From an uncultured Gammaproteobacteria bacterium (GTDB lineage: Bacteria; Patescibacteriota; Microgenomatia; UBA12405), in the NCBI GenBank assembly GCA_964428535.1, contig CAYRYK010000003.1:1-41374 (forward strand): a stretch of DNA of 41,374 nt, in the 5' to 3' direction. Position 1 is the stretch's first letter, and each line of letters begins with the position of its first letter. Below, in pieces: positions 10,367 through 19,914 of the stretch. Under the pieces are notes generated by a model that was given only the letters and a program-made list of their open reading frames with translations, was not told the DNA's origin and ran no database searches. The position numbers were made by a program, and so were the translations under genes.

Positions 10367-11411
10367 ATCATTATCTTTTGACAGTGAAAAATATTTAGAG
10401 CTTCAATTTGAAGCTTTTGATAAAAAACAAAAAGAGTTCGAGGGCCTAACTATCTTTGAATTTGGCGGGAAACCGTTTGGGGATAACCATGCAGCTAGAG
10501 TTTTACCAGGGTATGACCCAGATTTGAAGTCAAAGTTGTTAAGTAGACTTCAGAAAATTGCTAAAGTAGTGATTGCAATAAATGCAAAAGATATTTTGAG
10601 CTACCCTTATGGTAGGACTTTGCAAGGGAGAGTTAGGGGTGATACTGGATTGAGATACGATGACGAAGTCGTAAGAATATTAAATGAAAGTGAAAGTAAG
10701 GGTTTTAAAATTTCTGAGGTTGTTTTAACTTGTGTACCGATTAGTTTTAATGAAACTGTTCAAGATGAAATTGAAACTTTTAGAAAGAAACTTGGTAACT
10801 GTCAAGTGTTAATGAAGTTACATTATGAAATTAATGATTATCCAAATCCTAAGTGTTTGGATGGTTTTCCCTTTGATAAAAACGAAGTTGTTTCTGACGG
10901 ACGTAATTTGGTCGTAATTAGTCCAGGTGGTGGAAGCGGAAAGTTTGGTTTAATATTGTCTGAAGTATCTAATCTAATAAAGTCTGGGGTTGATCCTAAT
11001 TTTATTAAATTTGAAACTTTTCCGGTATTTAAATTAGAGGCGAGTCATGCTTTGAATCTTGCTTTTGAAGCAGCCACTGCAGATCAGGGAAATAAAGTGA
11101 AACATATTAGCGGTGGGACAAATTATAATAAAGACTTGGAAAATTTTTTGTTATTAAAGCATTTATTGAAGCAACTTAAGTATACAGGAAAATTATCAAA
11201 AATAGGATCTCCGTTAGACTGGGGTGTGAATGTGATAGAAAAAGGAATTATCGATATGGATGAAGTAATAAAAGCTTGTAGAGAAGAAATATATAGACGT
11301 AAGGATAGATATGAAAACGAAATGAAAAATGGTATTGAGAGGCAAGAGACTCTTAATAGGGTGGAAGATATAATCAAAAAATTTGATAAGAAATATCAAG
11401 GTTATTTTTGA
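10359..11411 (+). CDS. DUF1846 (UPF0371) family protein, short form
   Basis: FDSEKYLELQ...FEFGGKPFGDNHAARVLPGYDPDLK, SPGGGSGKF and FETFPVF...LAFEAATAD match the UPF0371 N-terminal two-thirds as I recall it. I prefer the ATG at 10359 over the TTG at 10341. It overlaps the kinase stop (ATGAATAA). Confidence 0.75.
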   Translation: MNKSLSFDSEKYLELQFEAFDKKQKEFEGLTIFEFGGKPFGDNHAARVLPGYDPDLKSKLLSRLQKIAKVVIAINAKDILSYPYGRTLQGRVRGDTGLRYDDEVVRILNESESKGFKISEVVLTCVPISFNETVQDEIETFRKKLGNCQVLMKLHYEINDYPNPKCLDGFPFDKNEVVSDGRNLVVISPGGGSGKFGLILSEVSNLIKSGVDPNFIKFETFPVFKLEASHALNLAFEAATADQGNKVKHISGGTNYNKDLENFLLLKHLLKQLKYTGKLSKIGSPLDWGVNVIEKGIIDMDEVIKACREEIYRRKDRYENEMKNGIERQETLNRVEDIIKKFDKKYQGYF

Positions 11412-11722
11412 TTTTTTTTGTCGAGGCTATCAAGCTTGAGGAGTTTGACGGAAAAATAAACTACAAAAGCGATAATCAAAAAGTCGATAGTACTACTGAT
11501 AAAACTACCAAATAAAATTTTGGCGGAACCAATAGGAAGATACATTTTGTCTAAATCACCAATTTTACCTAAAAATAGACCAATAACTGGGTTAATAATG
11601 TCGGTAACCAGGGCAGTAACTAATTTGGTGACAGAGGTACCCATAACCACACCAATAGCTAAGCCAACAACACCTTGGGACTGAATAAATTCAAAAAATC
11701 CTTTGAGAGTTTTTTTCATCAT
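11402..11722 (-). CDS. mscL: Large-conductance mechanosensitive channel
   Basis: FKEFI-type N-terminus KGFFEFIQSQGVVGLAIGVVMG...INPVIG. At 106 aa it is a short form. Confidence 0.85.
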   Translation of the reverse strand: MMKKTLKGFFEFIQSQGVVGLAIGVVMGTSVTKLVTALVTDIINPVIGLFLGKIGDLDKMYLPIGSAKILFGSFISSTIDFLIIAFVVYFSVKLLKLDSLDKKNQK

Positions 11723-11738
11723 ATATGTTGATTATATC

Positions 11739-12824
11739 TCAATAGATAAACATAGCATCGCCAAAACTGAAAAAACGATATTTTTGATTGATGGCTTGTT
11801 GGTAAGCAGTAAAAATATTTTCTTTGCCGGCGAAAGCTGAAACTAACATGAGAAGACTTGACTCGGGCAAATGGAAATTAGTGATTAAACAATCAACAAA
11901 TTTAAATTGATATGGTGGATAAATAAAAATTTCAGTGTGATTTTTACCAGGTTTTATTTGGTTGAAATTCTTTGATACATTTTTTTTCTTTGCGTCAGCA
12001 CTGGCGTGTTGAAAGCACTCAATACTGGCACTCTCTAAAGTTCGGACAGAAGTGGTACCAACAGCAATAATTCTCTTACCATTTTGTTTGGCTTGGTTTA
12101 AACGCTTAGCCACAGTTGGTTTAATTTCATAAAATTCCGAATGTAAAGTTTTTGATTCAATATTTTCGGGACGAAGATTTTGAAAAGTACCTAAGCCAAC
12201 ATGAAGGGTGACATATTCAATTTGAATGCCTTTGGTTTTGAGTTGAGATAAAAGTTCTTTAGTGAAGTGAAGACCAGCAGTAGGAGCAGCAGCTGAACCA
12301 GTTTGTTTGGCGTAAACAGTTTGATATTCGGAACGAATCTGAGCTTCAGTTTGATGAGATTTAATATAAGGAGGAATTGGAGTATGACCGATTTTGTCTA
12401 AAATTTGGAAAAACTGATTATTTTTGTAATTAAATTTAATTTTGATTTGACCAGTGACTGAATCACTTTCAATAATTTCACCAATTAAATTATGATCAAA
12501 AAATATTTGGCGACCAACAATGGGTCGAGGTTTAGAAATAGCCATCCAAGTATCACTGTTAATTTGATTGATTAAAAGAACTTCTATGTCTCCCCCACTA
12601 TCTTTTTTACCAAAAAGACGGGCAGGGAAAACTTTGGATTGATTTAAAACCAAAACATCGTTGGAGGTTAATAAATCTAAAATATTATAAAAATGAAGGT
12701 GGTCAATTTGCCCGGTATCTTTGTTTAAAGTTAAAAGCCGACAATGATCACGTTTGCGACTCGGTTTGTCGGCAATTAAATGTTCTGGCAGATTATAAGA
12801 GTAATCAGAAATTTTTAGAGACAT
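11739..12824 (-). CDS. queA: S-adenosylmethionine:tRNA ribosyltransferase-isomerase
   Basis: DYSYNLPEHLIA, AAPTAGLHFT, VTLHVGLGTF, VGTTSVRTLE and FSFGDAMFI are QueA hallmarks. Confidence 0.93.
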   Translation of the reverse strand: MSLKISDYSYNLPEHLIADKPSRKRDHCRLLTLNKDTGQIDHLHFYNILDLLTSNDVLVLNQSKVFPARLFGKKDSGGDIEVLLINQINSDTWMAISKPRPIVGRQIFFDHNLIGEIIESDSVTGQIKIKFNYKNNQFFQILDKIGHTPIPPYIKSHQTEAQIRSEYQTVYAKQTGSAAAPTAGLHFTKELLSQLKTKGIQIEYVTLHVGLGTFQNLRPENIESKTLHSEFYEIKPTVAKRLNQAKQNGKRIIAVGTTSVRTLESASIECFQHASADAKKKNVSKNFNQIKPGKNHTEIFIYPPYQFKFVDCLITNFHLPESSLLMLVSAFAGKENIFTAYQQAINQKYRFFSFGDAMFIY

Positions 12825-12843
12825 TTGGGTATTTTACCAAATG

Positions 12844-13317
12844 TTAGTTAAGAATCATGACTGAATAGTTTAGAAATGAAGCAAAGCTAACCCAGGCCAA
12901 GTATGGCCAGAGTAATATGGAAGCAGTTTTGTGGTATTCACGAAACTTAATAATGGTCATTAAAATAGCAAACCAAAGAATTAAAATTTCATAAAAAGCG
13001 AGACGAGGTGAGCGAAGACCGAAAAATAAAACTGACCAAAAAAGGTTAAGAATTAGTTGAACCCAAAACCAGAATAAATTGTTTTTCTGGTGCCAAACTA
13101 AATAAAGAGCAATACCCATGAGAAGAAATAAAAGTGTCCAAACTGGAGCAAAAACCCAAGAGGGTGGATTGAGAGATGATTTGACAATGTCGGTAACATA
13201 CCAACTTTTTACCGAACTAGAGGTAAAAATACTACCTAAAATGCCAGTACCTTCGGTAATTAAAATACACAAGAGAAGTTTGACTAAGTTAAATTTGGTT
13301 TTCTTTTTTGATTTCAT
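12844..13317 (-). CDS. tspO: TspO/MBR family tryptophan-rich sensory protein
   Basis: It is a five-TM, Trp-rich protein with LNPPSWVFAPVWTLLF and WPYLAWVSFASFLN. It overlaps the GNAT gene stop as ATGA. Confidence 0.8.
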   Translation of the reverse strand: MKSKKKTKFNLVKLLLCILITEGTGILGSIFTSSSVKSWYVTDIVKSSLNPPSWVFAPVWTLLFLLMGIALYLVWHQKNNLFWFWVQLILNLFWSVLFFGLRSPRLAFYEILILWFAILMTIIKFREYHKTASILLWPYLAWVSFASFLNYSVMILN

Positions 13318-13814
13318 AATTTAATATTAGCATTGTTTAAAACCATAAGATTTTTGCCGTCCTGTTGATCAATGGTTTGAAATCCAAATTTCTCATAAGT
13401 ATGAATAGCAGCAAAATTATCACTAGATGTTTCCAGCCAAAAACCAGTAATTTTTGAATCTTTTTGGTTTTTAAGGAGATCGGTAAAAGCTATTTTCATA
13501 AATTCTTGAGATAAACCTTGGCCACGAGCTGAACCATAAATGCGAATAGCAAAAGTAAAATTAGCGGGGATATTTAAAGGTGGATCTTTTTGGCCAAACC
13601 AAATGATACCCAAAAGGTTTTGGTGATCGTTGGTTAGACTATAAATAATTCTTCCTTGTTGTTGCCACTGAGAAAAGGCATTTTTATCAGCAAAACGTTT
13701 GGGATCAGAGGTAAATTTTTTAACATCTGAATCAGTTTGGCTGTAATCGATAAGTTGTTGAATTTGACAATCAAGAATTCCTTGTTGGACAAAAACATCT
13801 TGGCCAATTTTCAT
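13314..13814 (-). CDS. GNAT-family N-acetyltransferase
   Basis: It has the acetyl-CoA motif GSARGQGLSQEFM and a C-terminal YEKFGF. Confidence 0.75.
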   Translation of the reverse strand: MKIGQDVFVQQGILDCQIQQLIDYSQTDSDVKKFTSDPKRFADKNAFSQWQQQGRIIYSLTNDHQNLLGIIWFGQKDPPLNIPANFTFAIRIYGSARGQGLSQEFMKIAFTDLLKNQKDSKITGFWLETSSDNFAAIHTYEKFGFQTIDQQDGKNLMVLNNANIKL

Positions 13815-15041
13815 TTATTTGCCAGTGGTGATAATAATATCAAACTCAGAAGTATCGGCTAAACTTTTGGTAGAAATTTTTGGAGAAAAATCACTGCCTA
13901 AAGCTTGAGTTAATAAATCGACAACATTTTGAGAAACTGATTTCTTGATTTCAATTTGAGTTTGGGTGAAATCATAATTAGCAGCATTACCAGTTTTAGC
14001 GACAGTGAAATTTTTGGTGGCTAAAAGCTTGACTATTTCACTCGCCTGACCAGCAGTACCAGTACCGTTGAGAACTTTTATTTTAAATCCGGAAACATCG
14101 ATTGGAGTGGGAGTTGGAACTGAAGTAATAGTAGGGGTGACGGAAACCGAAGGGTTGATTTGGCTTTGATTGTTAGACTTTGGACCAAAAACGACAAAAC
14201 CAGTAATAATTAAAAGAATGGTCGGGATTAAAAGAATCCATTTAGGAAAAGAATTTTCAGAGTTAATTTGTGACTGAGGAATGGCCGTAGGCTCTTTTTT
14301 CCGAGGAACTTCAAGGCGAGTAGTATTAGAATCGGTACCAATTTTATTAACAGAATGAATAATTCCTTTGAGGGGATCGACTGAAGTATATTCTGGCTGA
14401 AGATTACCAAAATCAAATTGATTAAAAGCAATGTCGCCAGTAGGAGCAAACAAAATTTGCTGGGGTAAAACCTGAAAACATTGTTTGGAGTAAGTAAAAA
14501 TATGGTCAATGTCTTCTTGGGTAAGTTTCTTTTTGAGAACTTGAGAAAAAATAGGGGTTTGGTTAAAAACTAAAACAACTAAATCCTGATAGTGAAGGAA
14601 AATAAGTTTTTTGGCAGGTAAAAATCGAGAAATAGTGGTAGAAAAACTTTCGAGTAAATCAACTTTTATTTTGGCAGAGTTAACAGCGGTTCGAAAAACA
14701 TCGAAGAATTTTTTAGAAACGTAAATAAGTTGAACTAAACGCTGACCATTTTGATGAGCCACAATTTTGTAATCCCAAGTGGTTTGGGATAAATCTTCCC
14801 CTACTGTTGGTTGAAATTTGGCTTGAATCGAAGAGCGTTTTTTGGCTTCTTTGGGAGTTAACAAAAGACTAGTGACACTGATAAAATCGTCAGCTAAAAT
14901 AACTCGGAACTTTTTGGAAAAAGTAGTCTTAAGACGAAGTAAATTTTGAGTTAAATTTTCTGGTGTCCAGGAAATTTCACTAACTTTCTGTTTATTTTTA
15001 AAAACTTCTAGATTGTTTTTAGAGATAAAAAGCAGGTACAT
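13815..15041 (-). CDS. Membrane protein with C-terminal LytR_C domain
   Basis: Its layout is a cytoplasmic N-domain of unknown type, one TM helix (WILLIPTILLIITGFVVF), a Pro/Thr linker, then KIKVLNGTGTAGQASEIVKLL (LytR_C signature). Confidence 0.65.
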   Translation of the reverse strand: MYLLFISKNNLEVFKNKQKVSEISWTPENLTQNLLRLKTTFSKKFRVILADDFISVTSLLLTPKEAKKRSSIQAKFQPTVGEDLSQTTWDYKIVAHQNGQRLVQLIYVSKKFFDVFRTAVNSAKIKVDLLESFSTTISRFLPAKKLIFLHYQDLVVLVFNQTPIFSQVLKKKLTQEDIDHIFTYSKQCFQVLPQQILFAPTGDIAFNQFDFGNLQPEYTSVDPLKGIIHSVNKIGTDSNTTRLEVPRKKEPTAIPQSQINSENSFPKWILLIPTILLIITGFVVFGPKSNNQSQINPSVSVTPTITSVPTPTPIDVSGFKIKVLNGTGTAGQASEIVKLLATKNFTVAKTGNAANYDFTQTQIEIKKSVSQNVVDLLTQALGSDFSPKISTKSLADTSEFDIIITTGK

Positions 15042-15093
15042 ATAACCATTATAAACTATGTCATCAAAGTAAAACTATAGACCAAAAGATGGT

Positions 15094-15894
15094 CTAGATT
15101 CGATATTCTTTAATCAAACCTTTTTCGGTTTGCTGATTGATGTAGGCGTGAACGTCAAGATATTTTTCGATACCCGAGCCCATGATTTTTTTCTTGAGAA
15201 GTTCGTCGAGTTGAAAAATACCAGCTGAATTATTCATTAAAATATCGAGTTGAATTGGTTTTTCAGTTCCAGTATTAATATTGACTTTATCAATAGCGGC
15301 GGCAGAAACGGAATAAATATCTAATTTTTCGAGTTCATAAACAATGCGAGACCGACCTTCGCTCATATCGAGAGCATCGGCAACACGGACGATGCCAGCT
15401 TCTAAAGTGAGAGGCTTACCGTCACTGCGATGACTAATAATGGAGTGTAAAACTTCAGAGATTACAATAGTTTTTTCGTCGATGGGAAGAAAATCGATAA
15501 TTTGATGAAGTAAATTATTAGCTAAAAATAAACTGTAAGTTTCATGATCTTTGCGACTAATAGTCATACCAAGGTCGTGTAAAACACTGGCTAAAAAGAC
15601 AATTAATTCAGCATACTGATCGGAGAGTTTGTAGTTTTTAGTAACAGACATTTCAACTCCGGCCTCAACTAGCATACGAACAAATTTAACCGAAATATTA
15701 GCAACAATTTGGAAATGGGTGGGACCGTGGTCACTCATACCGAGACGGTCAACAGCATTGACATTGATAACTCTCCAGAGAGTTTGAACTTCTTGGTTAT
15801 TGTTAATATTATCGATAGCTTGTTGTAAAATGGTGTTGCCGTTATTAGGAACATGAATCAATCCAAGATTAGTTTTTTGATTGTTTGGTTTCAT
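15094..15894 (-). CDS. HD-domain phosphohydrolase
   Basis: The HD metal-binding pattern is HGPTHF...VLHDLGM...HSIISH. Confidence 0.75.
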   Translation of the reverse strand: MKPNNQKTNLGLIHVPNNGNTILQQAIDNINNNQEVQTLWRVINVNAVDRLGMSDHGPTHFQIVANISVKFVRMLVEAGVEMSVTKNYKLSDQYAELIVFLASVLHDLGMTISRKDHETYSLFLANNLLHQIIDFLPIDEKTIVISEVLHSIISHRSDGKPLTLEAGIVRVADALDMSEGRSRIVYELEKLDIYSVSAAAIDKVNINTGTEKPIQLDILMNNSAGIFQLDELLKKKIMGSGIEKYLDVHAYINQQTEKGLIKEYRI

Positions 15895-15930
15895 AATTAT
15901 TGAAAAAGTATTTTAACATATAATGGGAAA

Positions 15931-16155
15931 ATGAAAATTAAAGTAAAGGTACATACAAATTCTAAAACGAAAAGTATAGAAAAGGATATAAATGAAGTGC
16001 TCCACATATATACCAGCCAAAGGCCAATTGAGGGGAAGGCAAACGAGGAAGTGATAAAAATAATAGCTGAATATTTTAGAGTAAAACCAAATCAAGTATT
16101 TATAAACTCCGGCAAGAAATCAAAAGAAAAAATAGTCGAAATAGTAAATAAGTGA
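15931..16155 (+). CDS. DUF167 (YggU-like) protein
   Basis: It is 74 aa. IKVKVHTNSKTKSI...RPIEGKANEEVIKIIAEYF matches the YggU family pattern. Confidence 0.8.
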   Translation: MKIKVKVHTNSKTKSIEKDINEVLHIYTSQRPIEGKANEEVIKIIAEYFRVKPNQVFINSGKKSKEKIVEIVNK

Positions 16156-16160
16156 CTAGT

Positions 16161-16880
16161 TTAATGCTGTAATGCTGGCCCTGTTTTGAGTTTTGTTATT
16201 GGGGCAGATAAACCTAAAGTTGAAAGGTATTTAATTACCTCTTGGGTGTTTGGATTGTCTTCACTATCTACGGGTGGTCGATTATAAATAAAATCTTCAG
16301 TGGCAATATAGGTTTTAAGGTAAGCTTTGACTGATCCGTCTAAAGCAATTTTAATACCTATACCAGCTAATCTATCAGAAATAGAAACTTTCCCATCTCT
16401 TAGGAGAGAAAAATTCCTAACAGAAAAATCTATATCGTAACCCATTTGAGACATGGTTCTAAGTGGTTCAGGGTTTGAACCTTTGTAACTACAATATGGT
16501 CGAATCGCAATTTGACATTCGTCGACCGGGCCACCGGAAAGATCTAATGTTGGACTACCGTGATTAGTACGTCTATTTGTATCAATTTTATTGAACGGGG
16601 CTAGTTTAATATAAAAAACATCTGATTCTTTATCTAACCTTTGTTCTCGAACAACAAAACGGTTGCCTTGAAAATCCTCATCTTCTGGATCTTCTACTGA
16701 AGTACAAAGAGTATCAAGATTATTCATGTACCTATTCCAGGATTTATTTTCTGGACCTTGATATGATCGAGAAAATTCGCCAATAGCAGTATTAAGTGCT
16801 TGATTGAGCAATACACTTACATTTGGATTTAACTCTGATACTTTTTCTGTTGGTTGAGAAAATTCTGCACCTTTTTCCAT
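16161..16880 (-). CDS. Hypothetical acidic protein, no recognisable domain
   Basis: It is a long ORF with its own candidate promoter upstream. I recognise no motif in it. Confidence 0.55.
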   Translation of the reverse strand: MEKGAEFSQPTEKVSELNPNVSVLLNQALNTAIGEFSRSYQGPENKSWNRYMNNLDTLCTSVEDPEDEDFQGNRFVVREQRLDKESDVFYIKLAPFNKIDTNRRTNHGSPTLDLSGGPVDECQIAIRPYCSYKGSNPEPLRTMSQMGYDIDFSVRNFSLLRDGKVSISDRLAGIGIKIALDGSVKAYLKTYIATEDFIYNRPPVDSEDNPNTQEVIKYLSTLGLSAPITKLKTGPALQH

Positions 16881-16910
16881 TTTAGATTTAAAAAAAATAA
16901 AACTGAATTC

Positions 16911-16919
16911 AGTATAGCA
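16911..16919 (-). promoter_or_regulatory. Candidate extended -10 (TGCTATACT) for the 16161..16880 gene
   Basis: The minus strand reads ggccTGCTATACTgaattcag. The 10-bp palindrome CTGAATTCAG (16903-16912) sits at the predicted transcription start. Confidence 0.4.
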
Positions 16920-16946
16920 GGCCTATATATTTTTGAATTAGGTAAA

Positions 16947-17507
16947 TTATTGATTTAAAACAAATCCCTGTGATTGGCCGAACTGGATGAGACCGTTTAA
17001 ATCGAGTTTGGTTTGATGAAGAGTGGAGTCAGAAAAAATTGTGCCTTGGAGTTCAGAACCCGACAGGTCAGCCTGGGTTAAATCTGATTTTTTGAAAACG
17101 GTTTGAAAAAGATTACAGTTGATAAATTTACTATCAACCAGTTGGCAAAAATTAAAAAGGGATTCGGTTAAATCACAATTTTCAAAAATAATTTTATTGA
17201 GATTAAATTTAATTAATTCGTGACCAAATGAATTCTTGATTTGTTGGAAGGTAGCCAGATTAATTAGGGTGTTAGTAAAAATACATTTTTTAATATTGAT
17301 AGTAGAAAAATCGACACCACTAAAACAGCAATCAGTAAAATGACAATCGGAAAATAAAGTGGAATTGAAATTAGCCTGGGAAAAATTACAACTAAAAAAT
17401 TGGCAATGATTAAAGGAAGAAAATTTTAAATCAGTATTGGTAAAATCAGTGGCAGGAATTTTTTGATGAGAAAAAGTTTCACCTTGGAATCGCGAAATTT
17501 TATTCAT
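16947..17507 (-). CDS. Pentapeptide-repeat protein
   Basis: It contains runs of A(D/N)LxX-type pentapeptides (NFSQANFNSTLFSDCHFTDCCFSGVDFS...). I chose the ATG at 17507 (MNKISRF), 1 nt after the Rrf2 stop, rather than the track's 17651 start, which overlaps Rrf2 by 143 nt. Confidence 0.8.
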   Translation of the reverse strand: MNKISRFQGETFSHQKIPATDFTNTDLKFSSFNHCQFFSCNFSQANFNSTLFSDCHFTDCCFSGVDFSTINIKKCIFTNTLINLATFQQIKNSFGHELIKFNLNKIIFENCDLTESLFNFCQLVDSKFINCNLFQTVFKKSDLTQADLSGSELQGTIFSDSTLHQTKLDLNGLIQFGQSQGFVLNQ

Positions 17508-17508
17508 A

Positions 17509-17898
17509 TTAAATTTGACTGAGCTTAATTTTTTTGAGCTGTTGTTGCCAACTAGTTTCGATTTGAGACCAAATATTTTGAATAGAACATTTGCCAGAAC
17601 GAGCACAGGGTTTGTGGCCAAGACAACTAACCATGGCTTTGTTCTCACCAAGAATTACCAATAAATCGTAAATACTTTTTTGTTGCCAATTTGGGGCAAG
17701 TTTGTAACCGCCGCTTTTGCCTTCTTGAGAAATAATTAATCCACCATTAGTAAGTGAAGTAGCTAGTTTTGATAGAAAACTCTTAGGTAAAAATAATTTT
17801 TCTGAAGCGTCTTTAAGAGAAATAGTAGTGTCAGGATTTTTGGCTAAATAAGAAATAAAGACAATAGAATATTCAACTTTTTTGGGAATAGTAATCAT
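17509..17898 (-). CDS. Rrf2-family (IscR-like) transcriptional regulator with CX5CX5C cluster ligands
   Basis: It has the N-terminal wHTH KVEYSIVFISYLAK...ISLKDASEKLFLPKSFLSKL and the Cys spacing SCLGHKPCARSGKC, as in IscR. Confidence 0.85.
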   Translation of the reverse strand: MITIPKKVEYSIVFISYLAKNPDTTISLKDASEKLFLPKSFLSKLATSLTNGGLIISQEGKSGGYKLAPNWQQKSIYDLLVILGENKAMVSCLGHKPCARSGKCSIQNIWSQIETSWQQQLKKIKLSQI

Positions 17899-18266
17899 AA
17901 ATTATTTAAAGAGTCTTTAATTTTTTTGATGGCTTCAAGACCAATATAGGCACAACGTTTGCGGACACTGCTAAGTTCAATACCCATTTCATTTTCAATT
18001 TCGGCACCACTCATTTGTTGAACTTCGGTAATCTTTTTGCCTTTGATCATGTCCATAAGAATATCGGTAGCAGCTACTGATATAGCGCAACCACTACCTT
18101 CAAATTTAGCGTCAGTAATAATGCCATTTTTGACTTCGAGCCAGATTTTTATTTTGTCACCACAAAGAGCATTAACTTCTTCAACTTGAATACCATCTTT
18201 GATAGAACCCAAATTGTGGGGATTTTTATAACGCTCGAGAATAATTTCTTTATATAAATCGTCCAT
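17895..18266 (-). CDS. sufU: NifU-like Fe-S cluster scaffold (SufU/IscU)
   Basis: The three conserved Cys lie in NALCGDKI, GSGCAIS and RKRCAYIG. Confidence 0.85.
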   Translation of the reverse strand: MDDLYKEIILERYKNPHNLGSIKDGIQVEEVNALCGDKIKIWLEVKNGIITDAKFEGSGCAISVAATDILMDMIKGKKITEVQQMSGAEIENEMGIELSSVRKRCAYIGLEAIKKIKDSLNNL

Positions 18267-18268
18267 AT

Positions 18269-19483
18269 TTAAGAAAAAATTTTAACAACGTAATGAAGGC
18301 CGTCAATTAATTTATCGATATCTTTTTTGATATTGTAAATACCTAAACTAACACGAGTAGTACCAGTATTGAAATCGAAAAGCTGATGGAGAGGCATAGC
18401 ACAATGAAAACCAGTGCGAACAGCAAGATTAAATTTTTGAGATAAAATATCGCCAATGTCGTGAGGGGCAGGAGACTTGGGTTTAGCGAAGGTAAAAGAA
18501 ATTACCCCTAACCTTTGAGAGTTATTAATAGGACCAAGAATTTTTAGATCAGAAATAGTTTTTAATTTTTGAAGAAGATAATCAGTTAATTCTTGTTCGT
18601 GTTGGGTGATTTTTGACCAACCAATTTTTTGAATAAATTTGATGGCCTGAGCTAAAGCGATGGTTTGAGCAATTGGCGGAGTGCCGGGTTCGTAACAAAA
18701 AGGTGGATTATCGAGAATAGTTTTATCCCAAAAAACTTCTTTAATAGCTCCCCCACCGAAACTAGCGGGTGACATAGAGGAATAAATTTTTTGATGGACA
18801 TAAAGAACTCCGATACCGGTAGGACCATAAAGTTTATGGCCAGAAAAAGCATAAAAATCGACACCTAAGTCAGCAACATTAACCGGAAAATGAGCTACAG
18901 CTTGAGCCCCATCGACTAAAACTAAAGTTTGAGGGTTTAACTTTTTGATAGTTTGAACAATTTTTTTGATGGGGTTGATAGTTCCCAAAACATTACTGAC
19001 ATGGGTCAGAGCGACAAGTTTGGTTTTTGGGGTAATTAATTTTGCCAAAGACTTTTGATCAAGATAAAAATCTGGCGTGACAGGAAGATATTTTAATTTG
19101 GCCTTTTTGGAAAGAGCTAATTGCTGCCAAGGAACTAAATTGGAATGATGTTCCATTTGAGTAATAACGATTTCATCACCAGACTTGATATTTTGATAGC
19201 CCCAGCTTTGAGCGACTAGATTAATCGAAGCAGTAGTACCGGAAGTAAAAATAATTTCATTGGATTGGGCATGGATAAAATCGGCAATAATACCTCTAGA
19301 TTGGTCATATTGATCAGAAGCAATTTGAGACATCTGGTATAGACCACGATGAATATTAGCCGAATACTGGGTGTAATATTCCATTTCTGACAAAATCACA
19401 GAAGCAGGTTTAAGGCCAGTAGCGGCACTATCGAGATAAACAAGATTCGGATTATTCTGGAAAATAGGAAAATAATTTTTCAT
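18269..19483 (-). CDS. sufS: Cysteine desulfurase, SufS type
   Basis: It has the PLP lysine motif FSGHKLYGPTGIG and the catalytic Cys loop RTGFHCAMP. Confidence 0.92.
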   Translation of the reverse strand: MKNYFPIFQNNPNLVYLDSAATGLKPASVILSEMEYYTQYSANIHRGLYQMSQIASDQYDQSRGIIADFIHAQSNEIIFTSGTTASINLVAQSWGYQNIKSGDEIVITQMEHHSNLVPWQQLALSKKAKLKYLPVTPDFYLDQKSLAKLITPKTKLVALTHVSNVLGTINPIKKIVQTIKKLNPQTLVLVDGAQAVAHFPVNVADLGVDFYAFSGHKLYGPTGIGVLYVHQKIYSSMSPASFGGGAIKEVFWDKTILDNPPFCYEPGTPPIAQTIALAQAIKFIQKIGWSKITQHEQELTDYLLQKLKTISDLKILGPINNSQRLGVISFTFAKPKSPAPHDIGDILSQKFNLAVRTGFHCAMPLHQLFDFNTGTTRVSLGIYNIKKDIDKLIDGLHYVVKIFS

Positions 19484-19485
19484 GA

Positions 19486-19914
19486 TTAAACTTCCAAAAA
19501 AGATTTAATAATTAAGTCTAGAGCATCTGTTTGAGAAAAACCACGAGACATAAGATAAAAAAGTTGAGACTGATCGACTGAGCCAATAGCCGAGGCGTGA
19601 GAAGCTTGGACTTGGTCGTTACTAATTTCTAATTCAGGAATAGAAACAGCTTTACTGTCATCACCAATCAGTAAAACAGAATGTTTGAGAAAAGCCTGAG
19701 CATCTATGGCTTTTTGATTAATCCGAATCAAACCTTTAAGGGTGAGGTTGCCGCCAGGCATAACCACAGCTTTGATAAGAGTGTTGCCAATAGTATGAGG
19801 AGCGGTAAATTCCATAACAGTTTCCAGATTTAAAGTTTCGCCTGATTTAACCAAAATATTTTTGGTAAAGGTTTGACTGTCGTGAGGCTGATTTAGAATT
19901 TGTTGATATTTCAT
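19486..19914 (-). CDS. sufD: Fe-S assembly protein SufD, miniature form (142 aa)
   Basis: The C-terminal block [33 protein letters not shown] is paralogous to the SufB tail. It sits in the operon between sufB and sufS. Confidence 0.7.
   Translation of the reverse strand: MKYQQILNQPHDSQTFTKNILVKSGETLNLETVMEFTAPHTIGNTLIKAVVMPGGNLTLKGLIRINQKAIDAQAFLKHSVLLIGDDSKAVSIPELEISNDQVQASHASAIGSVDQSQLFYLMSRGFSQTDALDLIIKSFLEV

Noticed and set aside
12844-13317. TspO as an unusual gene for a reduced genome
   Set aside because: It is an intact, typical TspO embedded in an overlapping operon. Nothing in the sequence itself is unusual, and without knowing the organism the observation is not actionable.
17508-17651. 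Long N-terminal extension of the pentapeptide-repeat ORF (track start at 17651)
   Set aside because: It would overlap the Rrf2 gene by 143 nt and adds non-repeat, hydrophobic junk sequence. The ATG at 17507, right after the Rrf2 stop, gives a clean coupled start.
19486-19914. Short SufD as a pseudogene fragment
   Set aside because: The ORF is intact and overlaps sufB by 4 nt. It sits 2 nt upstream of the sufS start (19483). It also retains the conserved C-terminal block, so it is more consistent with a genuine miniature SufD.
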